A stretch of 64,000 nucleotides of DNA, from assembly GCF_963921235.1 (NCBI RefSeq), contig NC_086097.1, positions 191,086,001 to 191,150,000 of the forward strand, written 5' to 3'. A program made the position numbers and the translations under genes. This DNA is from Mobula hypostoma (lineage: Eukaryota). The notes beneath the pieces are model-generated. The model searched no databases and had not been told where the DNA came from. It saw nothing but the letters and a program-made list of their open reading frames with translations. Positions 50,780 to 63,780 of this stretch are shown piece after piece (the first letter of the stretch is position 1; every line of letters starts with the position of its first letter).

Positions 50780-51142
50780 AATTCTACTCAGCAGGAGAGA
50801 TTTGTGACTGTGAAACAATCTCAGATTCTGGGGCCTCCTCTGTGTTGGTTGTAGAAGTTGAATCTGGGACTGCAGGAAGTGGCTCTAACAGCTCTGGATA
50901 CCGTTTTTTCTCCAACAATTGACCCTGCTCTCTTCAGCTGATCAATGTGTCATCTGCAGATGACCTCAGAGGCCATCTCCACTATATAGGACAGTGGTCC
51001 AGTTCTGTCCTTATTACTTCCAAGTTTTCATACTTGATCATCTCCGTAATCCTTCGCCAGGACCGTTTGCCCAGGAATGAAACACTGAACCTCCTTGTAT
51101 GAAGACCCCTCAATTTAGCTCAGCTGTTTGTCCTGTATACTC
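50780..51142 (-). mobile_element. Older Gypsy (Mag/K02A2.6-like) integrase C-terminus, host of the large provirus
   Basis: FIPGQTVLAKDY...RTGPLSYIVE...HIDQLKR; continues at 63781. Confidence 0.75.
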
Positions 51143-51754
51143 TGTAACGTGCCGTAAGGTTTCACTGCTAATGTAATGGCTTCTTTGTAATGTTCACTGC
51201 TGAGGTAATGGTTTCTCTGTAGCAGCAATGTTTGGGTTATGGCTGGAGATAACAGGACTGTGGATGCACGTTAGCCAATCAGGATTTTGTTTCCCTGTCT
51301 TGTGATTCTGGAAGCAGTTGTTTTCGCAGGTTTTTGTGAGAGGGAGAGAGAGAGAGATGAAGAGAGAAGACGCGAATGGAGACATTTGATAGACTGCTGG
51401 ACGGGGTGGACTCAGAGCCGGGGTCCGAAGGTCGGCAACGCTTGGAGGAGACTGATGGTGGAAGAAGGACTACTGAGTGAGCTCCAACTTTGTGCACAGT
51501 CTGTTTATTATTAAATCTTATGAGTTGTGCCCTTTTCCTTTTATAGTTTGTTTCTCTACTAACCATATATTCAAAGTAAGAGTTATAAAGCTTAATTGTT
51601 TAATCACATATTGTGTACTGTTTGTTATTTAGAGGTACTGATTTGTAACAGGGGACACATCACGCAGCATCCACCCAAATGAGATTTCTTAAGTTTGACT
51701 GGGCGGGGAGTTATCACCCACTATACTCAGCCACTAGGCAAAGCAAGTGTTACA
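51143..51754 (+). repeat. 5' LTR
   Basis: Direct repeat of 63186-63780. Confidence 0.95.
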
Positions 51755-52029
51755 ATTGTGGGGGCTACATTTGTGATTGATTCCATTAGATGCTGTGTGA
51801 TTACCCTGAGCAATGAACCAGTGGGGCAGATCTTTGTACTCCAGATGAATTGTTAATTCCACTCTTGAGTACTGTTAAAGTTGCAATTGTGAGCAGAGGT
51901 TTGATAAAATAGTGGGCACAGCTCTCGTTTTAATGCAGACCAGCACTGAGGTAGTTGGGGGCAGAGATTTCAAAGCCAGGATTCTATCATTTCTGAGGAG
52001 TGAGGGGAAAGATTGGTCAGATTTGGAAT

Positions 52030-55000
52030 GTCACTTTTTTGAATATGGGTGGTATTTCTTATGATAAACATATTTCTTTTGGGTTGCCCTCTGGAAAGAT
52101 GGGGGTTAGAGTTAGCTGTAGATTTAGCATTGGCCACTTTCTGGATTTTTTCCGGGTTTTTGTGGGAGGAGGGAGGCATTTTTGTTCTGTTTTTAAATTT
52201 ACTTCCTTTTATACGGGCTGACTTGAAACTACCAATATGTCCGAAATGTCGTAACTTCCAGTTCCTCTTTGGACCTTTTTTCCCTCTTCCGGGGTCATGA
52301 GTTTGTACTCTGGTTAACCCTTTACATACCTTATGCTTGGGTTCAGTACGATGGATAAGATTATTAATTTGATTTCTTGGAATACAAATGATTTAACCCA
52401 CCCGATTGATGAATGCTCACATTATCTTTGTACAAGAAACTCATGTCCGGAAAGAGGATAATCAGCATTTTTTTAGGTTCTGGAAGGAAAAACAGTACCA
52501 TTCGAATTCACAGGCCAAAGTAAAAGGCATTTCTATTTTTATAGGTCCATCAATTTCATTTCTGCACCATGAGATGGTTTCAGACCCGAATGGCAGATTT
52601 TTGTTAATTACTGGTTTGTTATTTAACAAAAAAGTTGTTATGCTTAATGTTTATGCCCCAAATGTTGACTGTCCCGATTTTTTTAAGAATCTCTTTACAT
52701 CTCTTCCTAATTTTAATGATTATACGTTGACTATGGGTGGAGATTTCAACTGCTGTTTAAATCCTTTGATGGATAGATCCATGTCCAATCAAGTACTTCT
52801 GAATAAATTGGCTACCCTTATTAATTCTTCTATGACTGACTCTGGAATCTCAGAAATTTGGAGATTCTTGCATCCAAATGAGAAAGAGTTCTCATTTTTT
52901 TCATATGTATATCATCACTATTCAAGAATTGATTATTTTCTTATCGATTCTTGATTAATTCCACTTGTTACTGGTCGCAGATATAATTCCATTGTGTTTC
53001 TGATCATGTGCCATTGAAACTATCTATTAAGTCAAGGGATACATCTACTAGTTCTAGACAATGGCGATTTAATACCACTTTGCTACAAGATTCAGATTTT
53101 GACAAGTTTATTGAGGAGCAAATTAATTTTTTCTTCACAACGAATTCTGCAGAGGATATTTCCAGTGGAACACTATGGGATACTTTTAAAGCATATATTT
53201 GTGGACAAATTATTTCATATACTGCTGGATTAAAAAAGTGAACTAATAATGAAATACTTAAACTGGTTGACAAGATTAAAGAAGTTGACAAGAAATATTC
53301 TATAACCCCTAATCAGGAGCTTTACAAACAGAGAGTTGAACTTCAAATGGAACATAATCTATTACTATCATCTTCGATTGAAAGTCAGTTAACCAAAACT
53401 AAGAGTCGATTCCATATACATGGTGATAAAACTGGGAAACTATTGGCTAATCAATTGAAATTTGCCTCAGTTAAGTGACAGATTGTTAAGATTCGTAATC
53501 AAGATGGCACTTTGATGGTTGACCATGACGAGATAAATAAATCCTTTCAAGAACTTTATACCTCCCTATATCAATCAGAATCTCCTGATGACTCCACTAT
53601 AATACATGAATTTTTAAAGAAATTGAATATTCCAAAATTATCATCTAATGAACGTTTAAAACTGGATGTACCTATTACAGTAAAGGAAATTTTTAAAAAG
53701 CTGTTCTTTCGATGAACTCGGGTAAAACACCTGGCCCAGAAAGATATACAGTAGAATATTTTAAATTTTTTCTCTACTACACTAACTCCTTGGCTACGTA
53801 GAATTTTTAGGGATGCAGTATCTATAGGAAAATTACCACAATCTTTTTATCGAGTTTCTATTTCCCTAATTCTTAAAAAAGATAAGGATCTTACTGAATG
53901 TGCATCTTATAAGCCTATATCTTTGTTGAATGTGGATTCTAAGATTTTTTCTAAAATATTGGCAATGAGATTGGAGAATGTATTACCTCAAATTATTTCT
54001 GCTGATCAGACTAGATTTATTAAAAATTGTTACTCTTTTTTTAATATTAGGAGATTAATGAATATTGTTTATACTCCTTCACCCAGAATTCCAAAATGTG
54101 TTATTTCATTGGATGCTGAGAAAACCTTTGACAGAATTGAATGGACATATTTATTTAATACCCTTGAGAAATTTAATTTTAGTCTGATAGTTATATCTTG
54201 GATTAAATTGATATATCTTACTCCTTTGGCTTTGGTATTTACTAATAATCAAAGATCTCCCCTTTTTCATCTATTCCGTGGTACTAGGCAGGGCTGCCCT
54301 CTTAGTCCACTACTATTCGATATTGCCTTGGAACCGCTAGCTATTGCTATTCGTGACTCCCCTAATATATTTGGCATCATTTGTGGAAATGAGACACATA
54401 AATTATCACTATATGCAGATGACTTACTGTTATATATTTCTAACACAGGGAAATCTATTCCGGCAGTATTAACTTTGCTTGCTCAGTTTAGTAGTTTTTC
54501 TGGTTATAAATTGAACCTAGGTAAGAGCGAACTTTTTCCATTAAATATGCAGGTTCCCATTTATAGATGTTCTCCATTCAAAGTGATTACTGACTATTTT
54601 ACTTATTTGGGAGTTAAAATTACTAAGAGACATAAGGATCTATTCAAGTTCAACCTTTTACCATTAATTAATCAGGTTAAACAACTGATTACTAAGTGGT
54701 CCCCATTGTCTCTATCACTGATTGGCCAAATTAATGCTATTAAAATGATTATTTTATCTAAATTTTTATAGTTATTTCAAACGATACCAATTTTTATTCC
54801 TAAATCCTTTTTTGATACTATTGATTCTAAAATTTCCTCTTATATATGGCCGAACAAAAATCCCAGATTAAGTAAAAAATATTTACAGAAGTCCAAGAAA
54901 GATGGTGGATTAGCACTGCCTAATCTAAGATTTTATTATTGGGCAATTAATATTCAATATTTAATATTTTGGACACAAGATTGGAATATAGTTCCAGGTC

Positions 55001-56472
55001 CATATTGGGTAAACCTTGAAGGCTACTCTGTACAAGGGTTCTCTTTAGCTTCCATTTTAGGAATTTCACTTCCTTTTGTACTATCTAAACTGAATAAACA
55101 AATGGTTAATCCAATAGTTAAACATACATTACAAATATAGTTTCAATATTGTAAATTTTTTGTTTTGAAAAATTTATATTATCAAGCCCTATTATATCTA
55201 ATTTGTTTTTTTCAACCCTCGGTTATGAACCAAACCTTTTTGATATGGAAAACAAAAGGTATAACATGTTTTCGTGACTTATTTCTGGAAAACAGTTTCA
55301 TGTCTTTTGAACAGTTATCTAAGAAATTTGATTTGTCTAGATCCCATTTTTTTAGATATTTGGAAATAAGAATTTTTTTAAATACTATGATGCCTACCTT
55401 TCTGACCTCATACCCTACTGATATCATTGATAAAATTTTAGGTTTAAATCCTCTTCAGAAGGGATTAATAGCATCTATCTATGATATAATTATGAAATTA
55501 CTGCCAGGTATATCTGATAAAATTAAAATTGAATGGGAAAGGGAACTTCAACTTTGCCTACCCATAGAGAAATGGGATAACATTTTTCAATTAGTCAGTA
55601 TTTCCTCTATATGTGCTAAACATGCATTAATACAATTTTAAGTAGTGCACCATATGTCTAAAGATAAATTAGCCCGTTTTTATTCCCATATAAACCTTAT
55701 TTGTGACAGATGTCACTCTGAGGTGGCTTCTTTAACTCATATGTTTTGGTCCTGTCCTCTTTTGTAAAAATATTGGAAAGATATTTTTGATATTATCTCA
55801 ACAGTTCTGTGTTTTGATTTACAACCCCATCCTATTACGGCAATTTTTGGATTGCCAATGGTAGAACATAGATCTTTATCTTCTTCAGCCTGTCGGTTGA
55901 TTGAGTTTGTTACTTCAATGGCCAGAAAATCTATTTTATTGAACTGGAAGGAGACCAATCCTCTTACTACATTCCAATGGTTTTCCCAAACTGTATTATG
56001 TTTAAATTTAGAAAAAATTAGAAGTGATATTTTTGATCCTTCGGTTAAATTTGAAGAGACTTGGAAACCATTTATTCAACATTTTTACATGATGTAATTT
56101 GACCTTTCCAAATCCCTCTTGTTAACTTAAATATATGTATAGAGGAGCGGAGTTGACGACATTACTGAACGTGTTCAATTTAATATATTGGTCTAGCCTT
56201 GTTTTGTTCCGTTTGTTTTTTGGGTTTAGTATTTAGTTCTATTTTTTTGTTTTTTTGGGGGGGGGGTTCTGTGTATTTTTTTTCTTTTTATTTCTTTTTT
56301 CTCTATGATTAATTACATCATGAGTTTGGAAGTCTATTACAACTGTGTTATTTGAAATCTTTTTTGTATATGTTTACTAACAATAAGATTATTCCAATCT
56401 CTTTGTATCAACATTGTTATTTTGTTTATAACTTTGGAAAAATTAATAAAAAGATTTAAAAAGAAAGAAAAG
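52030..56472 (+). mobile_element. 5'-truncated L1/Tx1-clade LINE inserted in gag
   Basis: 10-bp TSD GATTTGGAAT at 52020-52029 and 56473-56482; AATAAA and GAAA-repeat tail; ORF1 absent. Confidence 0.92.
52351..56097 (+). pseudogene. L1-type ORF2 (APE endonuclease, RT, C-terminal cysteine-rich region)
   Basis: ISWN, FVQETH, NVYAPN, GGDFN, SRIDYFL, SLDAEK.FD, RGTRQGCPLSPLLF, LYADD, CDRC...HMFWSC. Confidence 0.93.
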
Positions 56473-57355
56473 GATTTGGAATATCTACTTAGTCCATGTC
56501 CCCCGGTGAAGAGTGAGAATTCTGATGTAGGATCCGCCCTTACTTCTCTGGCGAATAAATGGAAAAATCAGATTCGAAGTCTCAGCTATGGCAGGCTCTG
56601 ACTATTCTCTGGAATAACACCCACTCCTGAGGGGGAGGAGGAGATTGAGACGTGGGCAGAGCGGACCTCTCCGTTGTTAGATGAGTGGCAGTGCTCTGAT
56701 GATGAAAAATGATTGAGATTGGTTGAAAGTTTGAATGGGTGGGCCGCTGACGTTGTCAGAACTGTCAGGTTATTTATCCCATAGTGACAGCTGTTAATTA
56801 TCTGCAAGCACTGGAAAATGCTTTTGGTCCGACTGGAAGCCCAATGGAGCTCCTGGTGGGGTGTCAAAACACGCATCAGGAGAAGAGGGAGAAGATTTCT
56901 GCTTTTATTTTTCGGCTAGAGAGGCAGCTAAATTGCTTGCGGAGCAGAGGGGTCATTCGGGTGGCTGAGGTGGATCGGTTAAGAATGGACCAGATAGCCA
57001 GGGTTGCCCAGTCCCATGACCAGACTGCGTGGTGTCTCCAACAGTCTCGTAAGACGCACACCCCTCCATCTTTTGTTGAGCTGATTAGAGAGGTACGGGA
57101 AGGGGAGAACGCAGCGGAGGCATGGGAGGACTCAGTCAGCAGGGTACAGTCCTCGGTAGTCCCCTGCTGTGAAGTGACCACAGATAGCCTACCCCGAGGA
57201 GCGGTAGAGGAGATTGCAGCAGAGTTGAGAATAGAGATATGTCGGCCATTATCAGCGGGTATGTCCCCCCCGCATATGATGGAGCTGATGGGGGTGGAGG
57301 GGCATGTTCCCCAAGGGGTCAAACGAAGTGGAGGGCTGCTGGCAGCAGGTGTCAT
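56473..57355 (+). pseudogene. PNMA-like Gypsy Gag (N-terminal part at about 51800-52029)
   Basis: L.LFSGITPTPEGEEEIETWAE...EWQCSDDEK..RLVESL; YLQALENAFG...Q..REKISAFIFRLE; PPSFVELIREVRE. Confidence 0.85.
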
Positions 57356-58176
57356 AGTGCGCATGCGCTGGTCGTGCTGCAGTCTGGTACAGCCATTCCG
57401 ATCTATTCTTACTTTCTTCTTCTTACTTTTTAATTTACGTTATTTTTTGTATTTTTTTTCTCACGGTAACACGCTGAAGCTGCACCCTCTTTAACATGCT
57501 GGTAGAGAGAGTTTTATTTGGGTTTTCTTTAGCACTGGAAATGGTTACATCCCAACACGCAGGACAGAAGCAAGGTCGCATTGTGTATTTCACGGACCAG
57601 CAAAGACCCGCCGGTTTAGCGAACAGAGCAGTGGACACCCCTGCTGAAATCTGGAGGAAAACACACTGAGGGGGATCACAAAGCCGAGGAAAGAGGACCG
57701 GGTCGAGACAACAGAGACTTTTGGAGAAGAGGAGTTCGGTGGGTAATACCATTCCAGCTGACCGGAAGTGCACTGAGAGCGGTAAGCGTAAAGGAGTTTG
57801 GTGCTTACTGTTCTGGCTAACAACGGATGGTGCAATCCGGGGTATATTACGATGGAGAAACGTGTTTACAGACTGGATACTGAACTTTTTACTGTTGGAC
57901 TTCAGCCACATTCCACCGTGATACAACACTTGGCGGCACAGGAGGTCGTTCCTGCCTGTGGCCATCGAACGTGCAGCTCCTCCTGTGGAGGGTCAGACAC
58001 CCTGAGCCAATAGACTGGTCCTGGACTTATTTTCCATCTGGCATAGTTTTGCATTTTGGTGTTTGATTGTTGGTATTTTTTGTATTGCTATATTTACACT
58101 CTATTCTTGGTTGGTGCGGCTGTAACAAAACCAAATTTCCCTCGGGATTAATAAAGTATATCTATCTATCTATCTA
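57356..58176 (+). mobile_element. Internally deleted Rex1/Babar-type element (5' end, endonuclease piece, 3' end)
   Basis: Flanked by TCAT repeats (57352-57355, 58177-58180); ADRKCTESGKRKG endonuclease fragment; HRRSFLPVAI C-terminus; AATAAA and (CTAT)n tail. Confidence 0.68.
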
Positions 58177-61102
58177 TCATGCCAGAAGGAGAGTGAGCCC
58201 CTGGGTACCTCAACAGGGAGAGTCACTGGGAAAACCTAGGGACCCAGTGAGGCAACAGCCTGGTGTCTCTGGGGGAACACGTTCCCAGCAATGTTCCAAG
58301 GAATTTCCGAAAGCACAAGACTCTATTCTTGAAGGCTTAGTGGGACCACGGTCCAGTGTGTTGCTACGGGTAGAGGGTATTTACGCTAAAGTCATACTTG
58401 ACACCGGGTCGCAGGTCACGTTACTGTACCATTCGTTTTACAACCATTATCTGAAGCATTTACCCTTGACACCATTCAGTGCACTGGAGATTTGGGGTCT
58501 CAGTGCTGGTGATTATCAATACAATGTTTATTTGTCAGTGAAACTGGAGTTCTCGGAGGCCGATGTGGGAGTGCCTGAGGTTCTTGATACATTGGTGCTG
58601 ATTTGTCCAGACCCTGTTGAGACGGACGGCGTTTCAATTCTGGTGGGGACCAACACTCCTCTTCTGAGGAGGCTCATGGGGGCCTACAAGGGGAAAGCTG
58701 GTGAGAGCTTTCTGGGGACATTGTCTGTGCACCCAGTGTTTTGAGCTGCTTTTGAGGAAGTGCGTGGTAGCAGTGGGCCAGATACCGAATTTAAACGAGG
58801 GACTGTGTGGTTCACCTGGTCGAAGCTAATGGTGGTACGGCCCGGGGAAGTAGCAAGAGTGATGGGGACCCCAAATTTCCTAGAGTGCCTCAGGGCGAAG
58901 CCTTCTTAGTGGACACACCAGAAGACCAGGAGGGGGATTCAGGATTATCTGCTGGGCTACTGGTGAGGCCTGAATTACAGATGCCCTCGGTTGTACAGGC
59001 GAGCAGGATGGCAGTGATCGTCAGGAACACTACGAAGAGGAAGGTCACCTCCAAGTGGGGGATGCCCCTGGCGCATTTGTTCCCAGTGACTGTAATGTCT
59101 AGTGCCCCTGTGAGGCATGCCGGGGAGAAACTATTGGAAAAGGGGGGAAAGTTGACTGCTGAGTCATTCAACTTCGAGGACTCCCCGGTGCCGCCGGGAT
59201 GGAAAAGGAGGCTGGTAGAGAAGATGTTGAAGCTGGAAGGTGTCTTTTCCTTTGGCGAATTTGATGTGGGTTGTTCCAAGAGCACTCATCACACTATCTA
59301 GGTGACCAAGGACACCCCGTTTAGAGAGAGGTCGCAGCGACTGGCCCCTGCAGACATAGAAGACGTGTGGCAGCATTTGTGTAAGCTGTAGGAAGCTGGG
59401 ATCATCACTTAGTCCAGAAGCCCCTATGCGTCCCCAATAGTAGTGGCCCAGAAGAAGAACGGGAAGATACCCATGTGTGTGGACTATAGGACTCTGAACA
59501 AGTGCACTGTCCCTGATCAGTATTCGGTCCTGAGGGTTGGAGACGCGTTGGCCTGTCTGAGTGGTGTGAAGTGGTTTAGTGTGCTGGATTTAAGGAGTGG
59601 ATATTACCAGATCCTGATCAGTGAGGCTGACAAAGAGAAGACGGCATTTATATGTTCCTTGGGATTCTTCCAGTTCGAAAGGATGCCCCAGTGCATATCG
59701 GGAGCCCCGGCAACCTTCCAGTGGGTCATGGAGAAGACGGTGGGGGATATGAACTTGCCTGAGGTGTTGATGTATTTGGATAACCTCATAGTATTTGGAT
59801 CCACCTTGGAAGAACATGAAGCGAGGCTACTGAAGGTGCTCAGCTGCCTGAAAGCTGAAGGGTTAAAACTTTCCCTGGACAAGTGCCAGTTCTGCCAAAT
59901 GTCGGTTAGCTATGTCGGACATATAATCTCACAGAATGGAATATCTCAGACCCGGCTAAGATGGAAGCGGTGACCACTTGACCAAGGCCTCAGACTGTGA
60001 GCTCTCTGCGCTCATTCCTTGGGTTCTGTGGTTATTATTGGAGATTTGTGAAGGGCTACGCCAAAGTGAGTCACCCCTTGAATCAGCTTCTGTGTGGTTA
60101 CCCTCCCTTGGGGAAGAAAGGGAGGGGGAAAAAGGACAGGAGGGTGGAGAATATCTAAACCCGTCGGAACCCTTTGGACAGAGGTGGGATGTAAAATGTG
60201 AGGAAGCTTTTCAGTCGCTGAAGGAGCTGCTGACCCAGGCACTGGTGCTGACTTTTCCAGACCCCCGATTGCCGTATGTACTGCACACAGATGCCAGCTG
60301 AGAGGGTTTAGGGGGCATCCAGTATCAGGATCAGGGCACCGGCTTGAGGCCTGTGGCATTTGTCAGCCAGAGTTTGTCACCCTCTGAGAGAAACTATCCC
60401 ACAGACAAGTTGGAATTCCTGGCTTTGAAATGGGTGGTGATGGATAAGCTGAGTGACCATCTCTACGGGGCCAAGTTTGAGGTGAGGACGGACAACAACC
60501 CCCTAACTTATATCCTGACCTCAGCGAAAATGGATGCCACAGGCCATCGGTGGTTAGCAGCATTGGCTGCCTATGATTTCAGCCTGAAGTACCGGCCGGG
60601 GAGCCGGAACATTAATGCAGATGCTTTGTCCTGACAGGTGCATGAGGGACTGGACATGGACGAGGAGTGGGAGAGCGTTTCTGCCCCTGAAGGCCATGTG
60701 CCAGTTTGCAATCACCGTGAAGGCAGAGGAAAAGGAGAGGTCGGATCGAGCAGTGGATCACTTGGGGGCTTCTGATGACACCATATCCCAAGTTTATTGT
60801 TACCTGATTGCTCTGAAGACCAATTAGCTGCCGGAATTGAGTTCTGGGGAAGTGGCAGCTGCCCAGCGAGATGATCCGGTCATTGGCACTATTTGGTCCA
60901 CGGTCAGAAAGGGAGACATGGCTCAGGCAGAGAAGACGAAACAGCTTCAGTCCCTCCATTACTGAAAGAATAGCCTCGGTTTGAGTTGAGGAACCAGATC
61001 TTATACCGGGTCACGTCACCCCTGGACCGACCCCGGCGTTACCAGCTGGTTCCGCCCGAGAAGTATCGGACGATTGCGTTGAAGTCACTTCATGATGATT
61101 CT

Positions 61103-61570
61103 TAATGCAAACACGAGGAAATCTGCAGATGCTGGAATTTCAAGTAACACACACAAAAGTTGCTGGTGAACGCAGCAGGCCAGGCAGCATCTCTAGGAAG
61201 AGGTACAGTCGACGTTTCGGGCCGAGATCCTTCGTCAGGACTAACTGAAAGAAGAGCTAGTAAGAGATTTGAAAGTGGGAGGGGGAGGGGGAGATCCGAA
61301 ATGATAGAAGACAGGAGGGGGAGGGATGGAGCCACAAACAGAACAGTTGACTGGCAAAAGCGATATGAGAGGATCGTGGGACAGGAGGCCTAGAGAGAAA
61401 GAAAAGGGGGAGGGGGGAGAAAAGTCCAGAGGATGGGCAAGGGGTATACTGAGAGGGACAGAGTGAGAAAAAGGAGAGAGAGAAAAAGAATGTGTGTATA
61501 TAAATAAATAACTGATGGGGTACGAGGGGGAGGTGAGCCATTAGCCGAAGTTTGAGAAGTCAATGAGAAG
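61103..61570 (-). mobile_element. Penelope-like terminal-repeat insertion in the integrase, 13-bp TSD
   Basis: TSD TCATGATGATTCT at 61090-61102 and 61571-61583; reverse complement of about 17430-17850. Confidence 0.93.
61206..61244 (-). ncRNA. Minimal hammerhead ribozyme motif, best-preserved core in the window
   Basis: Minus strand TTAGTC-CTGACGA-A-GGAT-CTCG-GCCC-GAAAC-GTC-GACTG. Confidence 0.75.
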
Positions 61571-63185
61571 TCATGATGATTCTGGACACTTGGGGGTGGG
61601 AAAGACCTATGGATTGCTCAGTGACCGGTTTTACTGGCCCTGAATGAAGTCGGAGGTTGAAGAGTACTGCAAGTCATGCATTCACTACATACAGTGGAAG
61701 ACAATGCCTATGCAGGCAGCTCCTTTGTCCCACTTGCAAAGCGCAGAGCCCCTGGACCTGGTGCGTATGGATTTCCTGTCCATAGAACCCGATGGCAGCA
61801 ACACATCGAATGTCTTAGTCATCACGGACCACTACACCAGATATGCTCAGGCTTTTCCTACCAAGGACCAGAGGGCGACTACAGTGACAAAAGTATTATG
61901 GGAAAAGTATTTCATTTGTTATGGCCTTCCCATATGGATACGTAGTGACCAGGGACGGGACTTCGAGAGCAAACTCATCTATGAGTTACCGGGCATGCCT
62001 GGAGTTGAAAAGTTGAGGACCACGCCCTATCACCCACAGGGCGATCCCCAGCCTGAGAGTTTAATCGAACCTTTCTAGACATGCTCGGGACCCTGGAGAT
62101 CAGCAAGAAAAGCAGATGGAGTCAACATATTGGGCATCTGGTTCACTGTTACAACTGTACAGAAAATGAAGCTACTGGATACTCGCCATATTATCTGATG
62201 TTTGGGTGCGAAGCGACATTGCCCATTGACCTTTGTTTTGGGACTGACGAGGGTGACTTACCACTGAAGCCTTATCTGAAGTATGTGTCTGATATGAGGA
62301 GAGAGCTGAAAAGGGCTTATGAATTGGCTGGGGTCGTGGCTGCTAAGCAGAATTGAGGAAATAAGAGGAGGTATAATCAAAAATTGAGATTTTTCCAACT
62401 ACTGCCAGGAGACTGAGTCCTCATAAGGAATTTGGGGCTACCTGGAAAGCACAAGTTGGCTGACCTATGTGGTGGAGAGTCATATGCCAAACCTACCAGC
62501 TTTCTGGGTGAAACCAGAGGAGGGGAATGGGCCTGTCAGGATTCTCCATCGGAACCACCTGTTGCTCCTGGGACAAGAGGTGCAGGTAGACCCAGAGCCT
62601 GAATTGGAGCCTACACCTGCGAAAACACAGGGCGGCTGCAGGACCCACAGTGGGAGAGGCTGGGCCGGGCCTCGCCCATGAGAAGGATACTGATTCGGAG
62701 GATGATGATCTGGATTTGTGGTACATGCTGCCTTTCTCTAACGCCCCATTGATTGAGGAAGAGACTCCTGGCCCTTCTCCCACTGAGTCAGGTGAGGTGG
62801 GGGGGAGGGGGCTATCTGTGGGCAGCCTGGGTTACAGCAAGACCCTGAAGGAGTGGAAGTGGGGCCTGGACACAGGACAGAGGGCTCCGAGTTGCAGGGC
62901 GGCATGAGTGATAGATCGAGGGAGGACTCGCCAAGTAGACCCGAAGTATCCTCAGTAGGGCCTGAGCCTGAAGAGTTAGGTGAGGAGGTACGGAGGTCTC
63001 AGAGAATTAGGAGACCATCGGATAGGTTGACCTATGTAGCTGCCTGGAGAACAGGGCGTGATCCCTATTGTTTTGGGGAGCTATGTCACTGCCTTATGCA
63101 CCTGAATTGGGCGTTGTGTTTTGCAGGAAGGTTTGGCGTATTATCTCAACGTCATGAGGACATGACAAAATTTGGTGGGGGAGAG

Positions 63186-63780
63186 TGTAACGTGCTGTAA
63201 GGTTTCACTGCTTATGTAATGGCTTCTTTGTAATGTTCATTGCTGAGGTAATCGTTTCTCTGTAGCAGTAATGTTTGGGTTATGGCTGGAGATAACAGGA
63301 CTGTGGATGCATGTTAGCCAGTCAGGATTTTGTTGCCCTGTCTTGTGATTCTGGAAGCAGTTTATTTCATGGGTTTTTGCAAGAGGGAGAGAGAAAGAGA
63401 TGAAGAGAGAAGACGCGAATGGAGATATTTGATAGACCGCTGGACGGGGTGGACTCGGAGCAGGGGTCCGAAGATCGGTGACGCTCGGAGACCAATGGTG
63501 GAAGAAGGACTACTGAGTGAGCTCCAACTTTGTGCACAGACTGTTTATTGTTAAATCTTATGATTTGTGCCCTTTTTCTTTTATATTTTGTTTCTCTACT
63601 AACCATATAGTCAAAGTAAGAGTTATAAAGCTTAATCTCTTAATCACATATTGTGTAATGTTTGTTATTTTGGGGTACTGATTTCATCACGCAGCGTCCG
63701 CCCAAACAAGATTTCTAAGTTTGGCCGGGCAAGGGGTTATCACCCCCTATATTAAGCCGCTAGGCGAAGTGAGTGTTACA
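63186..63780 (+). repeat. 3' LTR
   Basis: Direct repeat of 51143-51754. Confidence 0.95.

Larger units (their letters stand above)
58300..62600 (+). pseudogene. Gypsy pol: protease, RT, RNase H, integrase (many stops and frameshifts)
   Basis: VILDTGSQVT; MCVDYRTLN, LDLRSGYYQI, YLDN; LHTDAS, KLEFLALKW, TDNNPL, NADALS; MDFL, TDHYTRYA, SDQGRDFES, TTPYHPQG. Confidence 0.93.
51143..63780 (+). mobile_element. Gypsy LTR retrotransposon with both LTRs and three nested insertions
   Basis: LTRs TGTAAC...GTTACA at 51143-51754 and 63186-63780; decayed Pro-type PBS TGGGGGCT near 51759; purine tract before 63186; gag-PR-RT-RH-IN order. Confidence 0.95.

Noticed and set aside
62469..63200. Possible env or extra ORF after the integrase
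   Set aside because: Low-complexity acidic and proline-rich integrase tail ending in the common RRSQRIRRP motif; no signal peptide or transmembrane pattern.
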